A stretch of DNA of 64,000 nucleotides from Camelus dromedarius (Eukaryota): positions 44,580,001 to 44,644,000 of the forward strand of contig NC_087447.1 of the NCBI RefSeq assembly GCF_036321535.1, written 5' to 3'. Under the pieces are notes generated by a model. It saw only the letters and a list, made by a program, of their open reading frames with translations. It ran no database searches and was not told where the DNA came from. Of the stretch, positions 1 through 13,500 are shown piece after piece (positions within the stretch are counted from its first letter, which is position 1; every line of letters starts with the position of its first letter). Made by a program: the position numbers and the translations under genes.

Positions 1-65
1 TATAGTAGTGAGGTTTGCAATTTGCTGAAAAGACATCAGACCAGATTCAAGAATATTATGATAAT

Positions 66-168
66 GGGGAGGGTATGGTTCAGTGGTAGAGTGTGTGCTT
101 AGCATACACAAGGTCCTGGGTTCAATCCCCAGTACTTCTGTTAAAAATAAATAAATGATTTTTTTAAA
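66..168 (+). mobile_element. tRNA-derived SINE (camelid vic-1-like)
   Basis: GGGGAGGGTATGGTTCAGTGGTAGAG (A box) ... GGTTCAATCCCC (B box), A/T-rich tail, AAGAATATTA duplicated at 49-58 and 169-178. Confidence 0.85.
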
Positions 169-1299
169 AAGAATATTACAATAAAACTGTCAGTCTCATT
201 CACCTGAGTTCCAGTGTACCTTCTTGAGTGAGAGAAAAAGGGAAAATTTACACCCAAATGCTGAGAATCATGTGTCTTATCATGTAAGCATCATTTATCA
301 CAGTGGTCAGAATACTTAAAGACTGAGAATCACCAGGCTATCAGAGCTCTGATCTGACCAAAACAAACAAACAAAACCTCACATACACATAAACAAAAAA
401 AAGTAAATTAAAACTCTTTAAATCTTCCTTTGTCTGAAATCAAAAGATCTAGCTAGAGACCCACAAATATTCCAAACAGTAGCAGGAGAGGTCAAGGTCT
501 GTGGTGTGTATCAGTCAGAGTAGAGGATGAGGGTCTCCCAATACTTGATCAAAGAGTAATCCCTTGTTTGAGGATGGTCCCAGAGTGCCCTCCACCTCAC
601 ATTTGGTCAAAGGGCCCTCCCTGGGATTGAGGATCCCACAGGCAGAGATGGTAATAGTCGGCAGTTGGCCAAGAGGCAAATCAGAAGGAATGCGTCCTTC
701 CAAGGGATCCTAGTAACTGACAGAAGTGACAGTACCTGAGAAAAGAAACCTGAGCCCACAAGTTCTTTACGTGCACAAGAGAACCAGCCTAGCTGCACCA
801 CTGCACAGAAGCGCTAAGGCCAGTAGTTCTGTCCTGCCTCCTCGTATGCGCCAGTGAGGCCCTCACCAGCCACCTCTTTATAGATCCGTGGCTGTGGAGC
901 ACCAAGAGCCCCTTTACCGGGGGCCTGCTGCCTGCTGTAGGGCTGGGCTGAACAGGCTACACAAAGGCTAAGATTTACAATGAGCACACCTTTACATTTC
1001 TCCTGCATAGGCTTTCAGTCCTCTGACCCCATCACATTCTGGTGGAACACTCACCTACTTGCCTTCCCTTCCAGACTGTGAGCCCCCAGTATCTCAACCC
1101 TAAGCGCAACACTTGACATATCCAATGTATTTAGATTTTGTACTGCAATTTTCATTTATAAAAGGGACTAAAATGAAGACATGTGATTCCTGAGTCTTGC
1201 TTAGGGTCACGTGGGATGCAGGTCCCTGAGTCTCAACCCTGATCTCAGTGGGAGGGCCCATCCTAGGGTGATGGTGGAAGGGGTGGAGACCCCCGGTAC

Positions 1300-1576
1300 C
1301 AGTGAAGGTGGAATAGGCGTGGTGCAGTTCACTGAGGCGGCTGGCTGTGTTCTGGAACTGACGCTCCAGGGAGATGAGATGGCACTCGGTGCTCCTCTGC
1401 TCCTGGGCAGGGTCCATGAAGGGACCGGAAAGGGCCTTCTCAATCAGGCCCTCCAGCTCCGCCAGGGCCGCTGCCATCAGCTGCTGCAGCTTGGGCATGA
1501 TGGCATGTCGCTTGGTGAGCAGGAACTCTGAGGCCTGGCTTTTCTCAAACTGGAATGCCTCCCACGTGTCCAGAAG
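1300..1576 (-). CDS. DNHD1: DNHD1 coding exon 14 (LLDTWEAF...YSTFT)
   Basis: ctacag|CTT acceptor, ACTG|gtaccg donor, 277 nt; within ORF 1100..1645. Confidence 0.9.
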
Positions 1577-4500
1577 CTGTAGGGCAGGCAGCCGGTGGTC
1601 AAGCAGACGTGGTTGTGGAGGAGGGGCACAGAGAGGGACCGGCAACTCCCGACCGCCTTCTCACCAAGATGTCCAGCGCCTCATCCTCAGTACTGAAGAG
1701 GCTAACGCGGTTGCGGATGAGCTCATAGAGTGACCGTGTGTATTCCATTCGCTCCTCCAGTTCCGTGTACCTCTCGTTGGCCTCGTTCAGCTGCAGGGAC
1801 TTTAGCATGAGACCTGCGCACCTCTCTGGGCCCATCCCTGGGGGGCACTCCCACCTGCTAGAGTCTCCAGAAGCCAGAAGGCACCTTTTAACCAACCGGG
1901 ATCAGGGCAGTCTGGGATCAGGTCCCCCATGTGACTTAGGTCTCCCCAAAGACAGCACAGTCCCTCCCCCAACAACTCTGATGACAGGGCAATCGCCCCC
2001 TACCTGACTGTCTAGAGAGCAGAACTCTGTCTCTGAAAGCAGCGCTGTATCTGTCTTATCACACCAGGGCCTCCCCCTGAGGGGAGGAAACCGAGGGCCT
2101 CACAAACAGGGTGAGAATTGGTGAGGGCAGATCACACACATGAGCACAGTTGAAGAGCAGCAAGCCCCACCGGGAGCTCAGCTGAGACCTGAAGGAAGCG
2201 TGCTGAGCATGCAGGGGGGCGGGCCCTGGACAAGCTGGGAAGGAAGGGTGTGGAGAACCCACCTTCTGGGAGCACCATGAGATGGCGTGGATGTCTGAGT
2301 TGATGGTCTGGAAGACCTTCATGAAATCTGTCAGCTCTGTTATCAGCTGCTGACTGCGGTTCCGGCACTCATTCTGTACCTGCTCAAGAATGTCCTTCCT
2401 GATGTTCTCCAGCTTGGCTTCTGAAGACACAAGAGAGGAAGGCATGAGGGGTTGCAGTGCTGGGGGAGTGCTGGAGGTCCCGAGTAGGAGCAGGTTGAAG
2501 GGGAAGCAGACCATGAATTCATTTCCTTGCTCACTGAATACTTGTTGGACCCCTGCTCAGTGTCCAGTCAGCTGCAGTGCACTGGGGCCTGGGCTGGCCA
2601 CTGGTAGACAAGAATAATGAGATAGAAAGGGTTCCCACTCAGCAGCTCACAACATGGTGGCAGAGACAGACATATAAATGGACAACCACCTATCAGTGTC
2701 ATAAATGTTCTTCGAGGAGCCCTCAACCTGGCACGGTGAAGGGGGAGGCGGCCTGAGGAGGCTGGGGAAGGCTTCCTCGGGAAGTGGACATTGGAGCCAA
2801 ATGTATTGAGTGGTTAAGGCTCCAAGGGGCATGCCAAGTGGATGAAAGCACATGCGAAGGCACAGGAAAGCTGTGTCCATGAATAGCAGAATGCCCACCA
2901 GGGACAAAAATTTTCTGTCTGGGGAGTCTCACTGCCTCTGCTCCAGTAGAAGAGGTACCAAGAGGAGTGTGTAATCTGTCTTTTGTTTTTAAGGATTAAA
3001 AGAAAGAAGCTGTCAGGTGGATTTGGGGCTAGAAGATAACCCTGGAAGCTGCCTTTGGCAATATGAACAACTCCACTGTCTCCGAGGACAGGAATAATAC
3101 CGATACTTCATCAAACCCAAGATATCACTGATTGTAAGAAACACCATTATTTTAAATAAATCACCAAAACCCAAAAAATGATGCCATCTAAACTTGGACG
3201 TGCCATCAGTCATAATACACCTCTTAAGTTCAGAGATGATAAAATATGTACAGAACAGCAAAATACAACACAGAAGTAGGAGATGCAGTGTATCACGAAA
3301 TACAGTTACAGAGTGCTTACTGCATGCCAAATACTATTATTATTGTCCCTATTTTACAGATAAGCAAACTGAGGCTCAGAGAGGTTAAATAACTTCATCA
3401 GCATCACATGATGGCAGAGCAAGGATTCAAACTCTGGGAGCCTGGCTCCATTCTGTTACATTTCATGTTTTGAGGGATTAAAAGTAAATTGACTTATCCT
3501 CCATGAGCACTTCTGCAACAAAGTGGGATAGTGAATTCCAGGGGCAGAGATTGAGACATACTGGGAATGGACCTTTGGGAGCTTTGGAGGAAATAACCAA
3601 TAGGACTCGGCACCAAGAGCTGAGACTGAGACAACCAAGAGAGAGGGAATCTTCGAGGGGCACCCAAGGTTGAACAGAACACAAAGATGTGAACTTAGCT
3701 TTTCAAACTATCCCACTGGCCCATGACAGTAACTAGGCCATTGCGATGGGACCACAGTACCAGGCAGGTGAAGACAGAGGAGCTCAACATTGACACCGTG
3801 TGGTAAAAGGGTGCAATGGATGGATAAAACATCAGGGCTCATCAAGGTTGGAAGTCAGAGCTGGATGGAGAACAGACCTGAGAGATATTTAAGGAGGCAG
3901 AAAAATGGAAAGGATTTGGTGACAGGTCGGGTGTGGTGGAGTGAGGGAGAGGGAAGAGTAAAGGATAAACCCAAGTTTCTGGTGAGGCCAATTCACAAGA
4001 CTGGGTGATTATGTCATTCACTGTTCAAGGGAGCCCAGGTAGGAGAGGAACCACGTAGTGTTTGCATTTAACCTATGTACATCCTCCCGTATACTTTATT
4101 TTTTTAACACCTTTACTGTGGTATGGTTCCTGTACAGTAAACTACACATACTTCTAATGTACAGTTTGATGAATTTTGATAGATGTATATACACCAATGA
4201 AACCACTGCCACAATCAAGATAGCTAACATTTCCATCACTCCCCAAAAGGTGCAATTTTCAAATTCCCAATTTATCCCTTCCCATCCCCTTTACCTCCTG
4301 GTAACCATAGGTTTGTTCTCTATGTCTGTGAGTCTGTTTCTGTTTTGTAGATAAGTTCATTTGTGTTCTTTTTTTTTTTCTCAGATTCCACATATAAGTG
4401 ATTCCTCCTGTATCCTGTAAGTCATCTCTAGATTACTTATGATACCTAATATGATGTAAATGCTATGTAAATAGTTGTCAGTGTGTGGTGAATTCAAGTT

Positions 4501-7500
4501 TTGGAACTTCCTGAATTTTATACACGGATGCAGAACATGCAGATACAGGGGGCCAACTGAATGTTCTTCATTCACCATCAGCAGAATTTCGGAGTAAGCC
4601 AAAATCAGTTAAAGGGAGTAACTTTTTTACACATGCAAATTGTAGTGTCAATTTTGACTGCTACGTGTGGGGAGAGGGCACCCCTGATTCCTGAGAATCT
4701 CTGTAAAGAAACAGAATTCTCTGAGCCTAAGGAACAGGCAAGGCTTCTTCTCAGTTACATTTGGTTTGAACTATTTCTACACCATAAGAATTGAAAGTTG
4801 CAGTTGCAGGAACATGATTCCTAAGGAGTATGGGGAACGGGCAGAGCCAAAACAGATGGAGAGGCTGTCCTCTGGAGTGATCACACCTTCAGTTACAAAG
4901 GGAAGGGGCTGGGACCTGGGGCTTTAGGAGGCTCCACAGGTCCAATGAGGAGGGGCCAGCCCCAAAGGTCCCCGGAGGACACTGAAGGCGCAAGGAGGGC
5001 CATGTGGAGAAGGTAAGGATGCTGAAGGAAAGGAGGGAGGATAAGTACTCACCCAACTCTACCTGTACGCCATGGCAGTTCAGTAGCAGCAACCTGCCCT
5101 TTGTGATCAACTCCCAGGGTATACTGGAGACACGGCCCTGCCAATCGTTCAGGCAGCTCACCAGCATCCCGTAGTTCTTGATAGGACAGCCTCTCATAGA
5201 CTCCAGCTTCTGAGGCCCCCAGGCCTGCAAGAACTCGTAAATGCCTGTCATCCAGTGATGGTTCCGGCAGAATTCCTGCACCTCCTGCAGCATGCCCTAG
5301 GGGCAGACAAGGTGCTTAGGGCAGACGTGGGTGGCTGCGATCGGAACTGGTGGCCAGTATCCCACTCCTTAAACCTCTGTTCTTGCCTTTAGCAGGGCCT
5401 GTTGTACAGCCAGTGCCTGCTGGATTCGAGGGTTGTTGTCCAGGTCCTCTTGCAGCTGCTTATAATTGGGGGGCAGGTACTGGCCCCGCAGCCGGTACCC
5501 ACGGACCTCCAGGGCTTCAGTAATTGTGTGAGTCTTCCAGGGCCATACCAATCCTATATTCGGGCCACAGAAGATGTCCACAGCATCGCTGTGCTGGCCC
5601 TGGAACTTGGGCATCACAAATTCCATGTCCGAGTCTTCCTCTTCATCTTCTTCTAGTGGGGTACATGCCGTAATTGTCCATGAGTGCCCTCCAGGGACCA
5701 CACCAACCTCTCCCTCTATCCTGAATGTGCACCTACATTACACACACACACACACATACTCCCTGCTCATGAGTCAGTTCACATGTACATCTACATCATA
5801 AACACAGTACCAGACCCACCAAGAGAATTTATTAGTTAGGGTTCCTGTGCAGAGAATAGAAGTTACTCCAGCTAGGATAAGCAGCGAGGGAATTACTATG
5901 GAATATCACATGGGTTGTGAATAATTTGAAGAGCTGAAAGACAAAAACCCTCTAGGCCAAGTGTCTAGGGCTTGGTGCTGCCTGGAAAAGTGGGATGTCA
6001 CTGCTGTACAGCCAGCAACACAAGCACGTAATCACGAATGATCACGATCCCACCAGCAGAATGGATGGCCTTTGTCCTGCCTCTCTCCCCTACCTACCTC
6101 AGTTCTGACCTGAAGTCTTAGGTAGATCTAAATCACATACGACTCCCAGCTGCACAGGGGGCTGAGAAGTGCAGTGTGTAGCCCTCTAGCCTCTGCAGAG
6201 CAGAGAAAGGGGTGGGAAAGGAAGCTGAGCCAGCCAGTCCTCAGTATCTGCCTGAAGGAATATCCTTGAACTTGGCCTCCCTCTTAACTTCTTAAAAACC
6301 GGTTAATTGCCAATTTCAGTTTTTATGTTAAAAATTTTGTACAAAAAAGGGAGAACTGTGGAATCAAAATGTTCAGAAATCAGATCCATGCTACCAGCCC
6401 CTGAACACCACGGTGCCCCGCCCCACCCCCAACCCCCAAGGCCCAGGCCCCAGATCTCTTCTCCATTTCTACTCACCTTCTAGGAGAACTCATCCAGTTT
6501 CACGGTTTTAAATATCATCTATTTGCTCTCAAATTTATGTCTAGCTCAGATCTCTCCCTGAATCCCAATCCCACTTAAAGAACTGCCTGCTCCACACCTC
6601 TCCTCAGATGTTGAACATGCACCTCAGACTTTTAAGAGCCAAAGATGAGCTCTGATTTCTCTCCCTCCTCCAAATCGTTCCTCCTGCAGGCCTCCAACTT
6701 CAGTAAATGGGAACTCCATTCTTCCAGGTGCTCCAGTCAAAAATTTCAAAGTCATCTTTGACTCTTCCCTCCCACACACAACTCACTCAGCCATCACAAG
6801 ATCCCATTGGCTCTACATTCAAAATATACCCAGAATCCAACCCATTCTCAGCACCTCTACCATCGCCTGCCCGCTCTCCCCAGCCCCACGCACCATGCAA
6901 CGTCGCTGCACTACTGCAGTACCCTTCTAACTCGTCTCCTTGCTCTGGTCCTTACCTCTACCACTTTGCAGGCTCTGCCCCACATAACAACAGGAATGAT
7001 CCTTTAAAAATAATGCTAGAAGGGGTTCTGGGAAGAGGGCGGAAGGGGCAGCTTAGTTTTGAAATCTATCCCGAATCCCCACATGAATTTGGGATATAAA
7101 ACTGACAGAGCAATTAGACAGTAAAACCAAAATCCCATTGGGATAACATTTTTAACAAAATGAAGACAAGGGATCCTCAAAAACTCTTAAATATAAGTGG
7201 GTGGGGACAAAGCACCTACAGCCTCAAGACCCACATGGTATCACCATTTGTGGGAAGGAAGCAGAGGAGACAGTGATACATCAGACTGACTTGAGACCAG
7301 GAAAACTCCAAAACAGTCAACAGCCATTTCTTGGAAAGCAGGGAGCTAACTTGAGAACAGCGGGTAAAAGGGGAAGGGGCTGTGCCTTGCTCCAGTAGCA
7401 GGTGGGGTAAGGTCCGCAGGTGCTGAAGTAGTCTATGCTCGATAAACTCCTGAAGTCGACTGGTAAGGGCTCCCTCCCGGGGCAGAGCACAGCACTGAGG

Positions 7501-10500
7501 TGAAACTGCTGGGGGTAAAATAAAGATTGAGCAGAATGGAAGCAATAGAGAAAAAGGAAAGAAAAGGTCTGGATAAAGGTGGGAGAGAGACACCAAAACC
7601 AGGCAATCTCAGAAAGCTAGCCACCATTTTTGGAACACTACAGAAAACCAACAGAAAAGGAAATTGAGAGGTTAGAAAACTATTCTGAACCAAGCCGTCT
7701 CCTAAAAGTTAACACAAGCCAACTTTTTACAAATGAACAACAGAGAAGTATCAACATCAAACCCCATACAAAGGCAGCGAAAGTAAAGAGAGAATGGGGA
7801 GTAGATCAAAACAAGCCCATTTCAGAATGAGCCAAAGACACAGAAAAACGACAAAATCCATGAAAGAAAAACATGTATCAGTTAGAAAAACTCAGAAATT
7901 ATGCAGTGCCACTCAGGAAAGAATTAGAAATAAAAGAAAAAATCATTTTAGAATGGAAACTGAACTACAAAAGAAGATAATAACAAATAAACTTAACAGA
8001 TTAATAATGCCTTAAGAAAAACAGAAGGTAAAAATGCGGATAATTGCAAAATAAAAAACAAAGAAGTTTTTTTTTTTTTTTAAAGAATTCAAGAGAAAAG
8101 GACATATATTTGAGATACACGATAAGGATCTAAAATACACGTAACAGGAGTCCCTGAAGAAAAATCTAAAGCATGGAAAGAGAACAATACTAAAAACTTT
8201 AATTCAAGGACAGAAATACAGAAGACTTAAAGCTATATTTTGAAGGAGCATACCTGAGAAAACTGCCTCAGGATGCTCACTACCAAGACATATCCCACTA
8301 AAATTACTGAACTGCAAGGAAAAAGAAAAAACATACTTTAGGTATCTAGGCAAAAAAAGCAAGTGATTTGTCAGGAAAATATAATTAGATTACTATCAGA
8401 TTTTTTGAGAACAACTTTGAATACCAGAAGAAAATGGAGTAACATCTTTAAGACATGCTGGGGAGTTTCTGGAGAAGATTTCCTTTCCTGATAAAATGTG
8501 AGTCAGGCAAGGAGAACGTCTCTCTCTAACCTTGCCTCACCCCACCCCCATCCTCTTTTTTTTTTTTTTTTTTAACCTGATTTTGCTTGAGGATGGGATG
8601 CTTGGAGCTGCAGTTTGTCTTGCAACTACAAGGCAGTAAGACTGGGGATGAAAAAAGAGTTTTGATTGCAGCCTCCGCTCCCCTTGTAAGAGGCTCTGCT
8701 CTTACTGAGAGCTACGGCCAGAAAGGAGTAGGGGAAGGGTATAAAAAGCCTGCTACTTAATGACGTTTTGAGCCACTGAACCAACCTGGAAGCTACCTAG
8801 AGACTTCCTGTTATGTGAGATGATTGTTTTTATTGTTTAGGCCCCCCTTAGGTCTTCTGTTACTTCCAGCTGAAAACATTCTCAGTAATTCAGAATTCAA
8901 ACACAAGAAATCAAAAGCCTGCAAGAAATAAAGACTTGATGACACTGCTTGAGCCCTGAATCCAGCTGCAACCATGAATTTCTTAGTTATGGGAACCAAC
9001 AAATCCCCCCTTTCACTGACCTAATTTTGAGTTAGGATTCTGTAATCCAAAACCAACTGGCACATTTAGGCTCATACAACAGATATTTGTAGCCGGTACA
9101 AGCACAGCTGAAGACTGGAGCCCCCTCCACCACATACACCCTTCTAAGAGGACATGCTCTGACCTATAGCTGAGTTAGCTGACTTGTACCATGACCCATC
9201 CCCTTGCCAGAGCTCATGGATACGCGGTTCTCTATAGATTAGGCTGAATCAATTCTATTCTTTGTCTTGAAAATTTGAACAAGGTCACACAGCCAGGAGA
9301 ACTTAACTGAAAGGTCATAAAGAGTCAAGAATTGAGCTGGTGCCAGAGAAAGTCGAAGTCGTTTGGAAGCAATAGTTATAAGGGAGCAGAAAGTTCAAAG
9401 GAAGCAGAGTCAGCGAGTGTTAGGAGAGAATCAAGGGAATTCTCTGGGAAGAAGCACAGAGAGAAGTAGAGATGAAAGGACAATCAGCATTCTGAGAGGC
9501 AGGGGCTCCTTTCTTGACTTTCAAGTTTCAATTTCTCTGAAGCTTGGTGCTGCCACATCTTTTTCTGCCTTTGAATTTGGTAACTTTCTGTTTTGTGAGC
9601 TCCAAAACAAACATAAGGTTGAAGAACTGTGACTCAAGGTGCCAGGACCCATGAGAGCACTCAATCAATATGATGCTGTATGGTCAGTTCATGTGTGCTT
9701 CTGAGCAACGGAAAGAAAAGCCAGTGTATTTTTAATGTGATTCGGCAGGTGCAACAGCCCAACAAGACAAAACACTAATAATTTCTTAGCCAAGGTAAAA
9801 GTGAAATAAAGAGAACTCATATCAACTAAGTCAAAGATACATAAGTTACCTGTCATTGCTGAGGGATTTGGGCTTCCATTTAAAGAACACATGTATTAGT
9901 ATAATATATATAAGTCAACATGGAGCTTGCATTTTTAATTACCCATCCAACTTTGAAAGACCTAAATAATGGTAGATATTTACCGTATGTTTACTTGAAT
10001 GAGTGACTCAGACATTTCACACAGAGCAAAGCATCTTAAACATATTTATATGACTTTTCATCTCTTCAGAATTTCGTACAGAGTGGCAAGAAAAAAACTC
10101 TCTTCCCCTCTCATGTGTGAATCCACTCATGTTACACTACTTCCATCTAGACTTCCTCTTGCTGGTGATACTATTCACACCTCACCTTCTCAAGAGATCC
10201 CCCCCCCCCCCCGCCACATGCAGCCCCCTGGAAAAATATAGAGGAATGACAGTTTCTTCTCTGCATTATATCTTTAGGCTAACTTCAACACCATCCCAAA
10301 CAAAATGTACATCAAAAGATTTTATAATGAAAATGAAGCAATCCTTTGCCCCTTTTTAGGGTTACAGATTTATCTCATCACAAACATCAAAAAGATATTC
10401 TGATCTTGGGAGAATCCTGTCATACTAAAATTAATGTAAGAACTTTACAATAATAGTTCCTGAACTTGACACTTGTCAGGTGAGAGAAATGATTATCTGA

Positions 10501-13500
10501 TTCTATTTTCTCAGCTTTAAACTGCAGAATATTCCTGATATGACTATAAGAGCATCAGATAGTAATATTAATAATCTCTTTTTGGTCTCAAAATGTTTCA
10601 GTACTAAGACTATCCTCTCAAAAATGCCAGAGAACATAGCTTATGTATAGATTGTGTTGTAAGCACGGTTATGAATAATACATTGGGTATTCTTCTAGGG
10701 ACTAGAATCTAGTCAAGGTGTTAAGTTTCTGTGGTAAGGGGCTTGGTTTTCATTTTTTTGTGTGTATAAGTAGAGGTACTGAAATCACTTTGTAATGTGG
10801 TTAAAATGCCATGTGAATTTTACCTAATTTAAAAGATTTCTCAGGTGGATACATGTTTCTTAAAGACTACTAGTAGTGTTTTAATTGCTACATGTTTACT
10901 TTTATTGAATATTACTCTAATTTTCATGAAGAACTTTCAGAAAATCCTAAATCAGAACTTTAGTTTGGTTCTTCCACCATATTAATTTGATTTTCCATGC
11001 TGATCTTTTTTTCTCCTTCAAATTTTGATTTTGAAAAATCTCAAACATGTAGAAAACTTTAAAGATTCTACAAACCCCTTTATCCATTCACTCAGATTGA
11101 ACAATTATTAACATTTTGCCACACCGCTTTTCCATCTTATTTTCCCTAAACCATTTGAACGATACAAGCATTGTGACATTCGATCCCTAAATACATCAGT
11201 CCCTGCTGCTCTTTTAAAAGTAGAAGGGATGATCTAAGACATTGCAGGTAAATAGGGTCACTTTCAGAATACAAACTTGTGGTTGCCAAGGGGGAGGAGG
11301 TTGGGAAGGGATAGACTGGGAGTTCAAAATTTGTAGATACTGACAGGCATATGTAGAATAGATAAACAAGATTATACTGTATAGCACAGAGAAATATATA
11401 CAAGATCTTGTGGTAGCTCATGGCAAAAAAAATGTGACAATGAATATATATATGTTCATGTATAACTGAAAAATTTTGCTCTACACTGGAATTTGACACA
11501 ACATTGTAAAATGACTATAACTCAATAAAAAAATGTTTAAAAAAATAGTCTCACTTTCACTAGAATTTTGAATAAAAGTTTAAGCGGTTTTTGTTTGCTG
11601 GTTTTGCTATTCGAAGGAAAATACTACAATATATTCCTAGTATGAGTTAGTGCAACAAATAATGAGGAAACACTGTGAAATGTATGATTTATCTACATCT
11701 TTAATACTAATAATAGTAAGAAGATACTATTTGTTGAATGTACCACTATGGGCTGAGCTCTATTCTCGACATATTACCTCTTTGATTCTTCAAAATAATG
11801 CTGCAAGTTAGGTATTTTTATTATTTCCATTTTACAGATTAGTAAACTAACGTGTCTAATTTCAGAGCCCTTCCTTTTTCCACTGTATCATATAAGACAA
11901 ATATCAAAAGTCTCTAGATTAACCTAGATTCATTTGAGAAAAAAACGTGCACCAAATGGTGTGATTTGTAAAAGACATGAGTTCCTTTCAATGAACCTTG
12001 TCCTTCCTTGTCACCTACTTCCTGAAATTAAGTTCGTATCTTTATGTCATCTTAATGAAAACATACTGGCTGAATGGGAAAATGAAAAAGCATCTCCATG
12101 TCAGATGTGACTCAATGCATTTAATGAGTTTATTTATGACAGCATGAGTGTTCCAAATAAAGGAAATGTGAAGGTGTATTTCCTCCCTGATGATTAACAA
12201 GTGTGAGGATTGATAACCAATGATAACTGGTAACTATAAAATAGCTCAATATTACCAATGAATTATTCTGTACGAAATTAAAAAAAAATCAAATATTGAA
12301 TAGGCAGAGTTCTTGAACGATTAACTCAGCAATCAGATCCAACAGTAAATGAAATGCAATTATGACATAAGAGAAAAACCTCGTGGAGTTAGGAGGAACA
12401 ACAGAGGACAATGCACTCATTTACACTCTTTCATACACCCCTCACTACACTCACTGCTTGCACACACACACAGGCACACGAGTGAATGAGCAAAAACATG
12501 CCCCAACCCTCCTACGCACCGACATGTGTGCAGACGCAGGTTAGAGCTGCTCCATCCACATCCAAGGCCTGACTCTGGCCGTCACAACGCCGCATCTGCC
12601 CTTCTCCCTCATTCCCCCCTTCTGTTCCCCCTTCCTCCCCTCTGCCTAGGGCTCCTTAAATACCTTCAGAATATAGGGGATCCCAGGAGGTCTTCGGGTC
12701 TGTAGACTGCATTACCTTCACGCCCAGGTATGGAGAAAGGGCAGAAATAGCAAACAATGAGGGTTCAGACCAGGCTGAGAGTTTCGGAATGTACAGAGGA
12801 TAGGAACCGGGAATTCCTACAGCCAGCCCCCGGCCCCGCCCAGAATACCTTCAGGGTGGAAGCTGCGACAGACTTTAGGCTCCCAGTTATAACCTGGATC
12901 ATATTTTCAATACACGGCTCATGAGACAGCTGGCCACAACTGTCAAAGACCAGCTGTGCTGAGAGAAAGGGTTTCTGCCTTGGGGCCTGTAAAGAAGGGT
13001 CAGGCGAGGTCGCAGGCCTAAATGTCAGCATCCGCGCCCCTCAGGCCGGCCCCTGCCTGCCCACCCACCTCCACACATGCCACCCACCACCTCACTTGCA
13101 GGATGTTGGCCACGAAAGAGGTGATCTTCTCTTCTATGATGGACACGAGGTTCTGGCAAACCATGTAGTCCACCAGGCGGGCCAGCTGTCCCATCTGCAG
13201 CAGCCAGGCCTCTGCCTGCTGCAGCTTCTGCTCCAGCTGCTGGCACTGCTCCCTCTGAAGGTGTACAGAGCCCTGGCCAGTCCTGATCCTCTTGCAATTT
13301 TTCACTCGCTCCTGCAGGCCCTGTTGCATGTGGTACGTATCCTCATGAATCTGCCGGCAGAGAGAGTGGAAAACTCGCTGCAGAAAGGGGGACGGAGAGC
13401 AAACTGCCACCCTCTGGTCTGTACAAAGCTCTGACAGCTTGGAGCCTGAAACCTGGAACCTGGATGTGCACATAAAGGGCTGCTTTTTAGTAGCGATTGG

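Noticed and set aside
66..140. tRNA-like sequences here and at 29861, 36149, 37011 and 53640
   Set aside because: They are SINE heads with A-rich tails, TSDs where visible and divergent stems, not tRNA genes.
515..1008. Short minus-strand ORFs as the next DNHD1 exon
   Set aside because: They do not resemble the expected continuation (about EDETPVPLP..., recalled); the next exon is probably left of the window.
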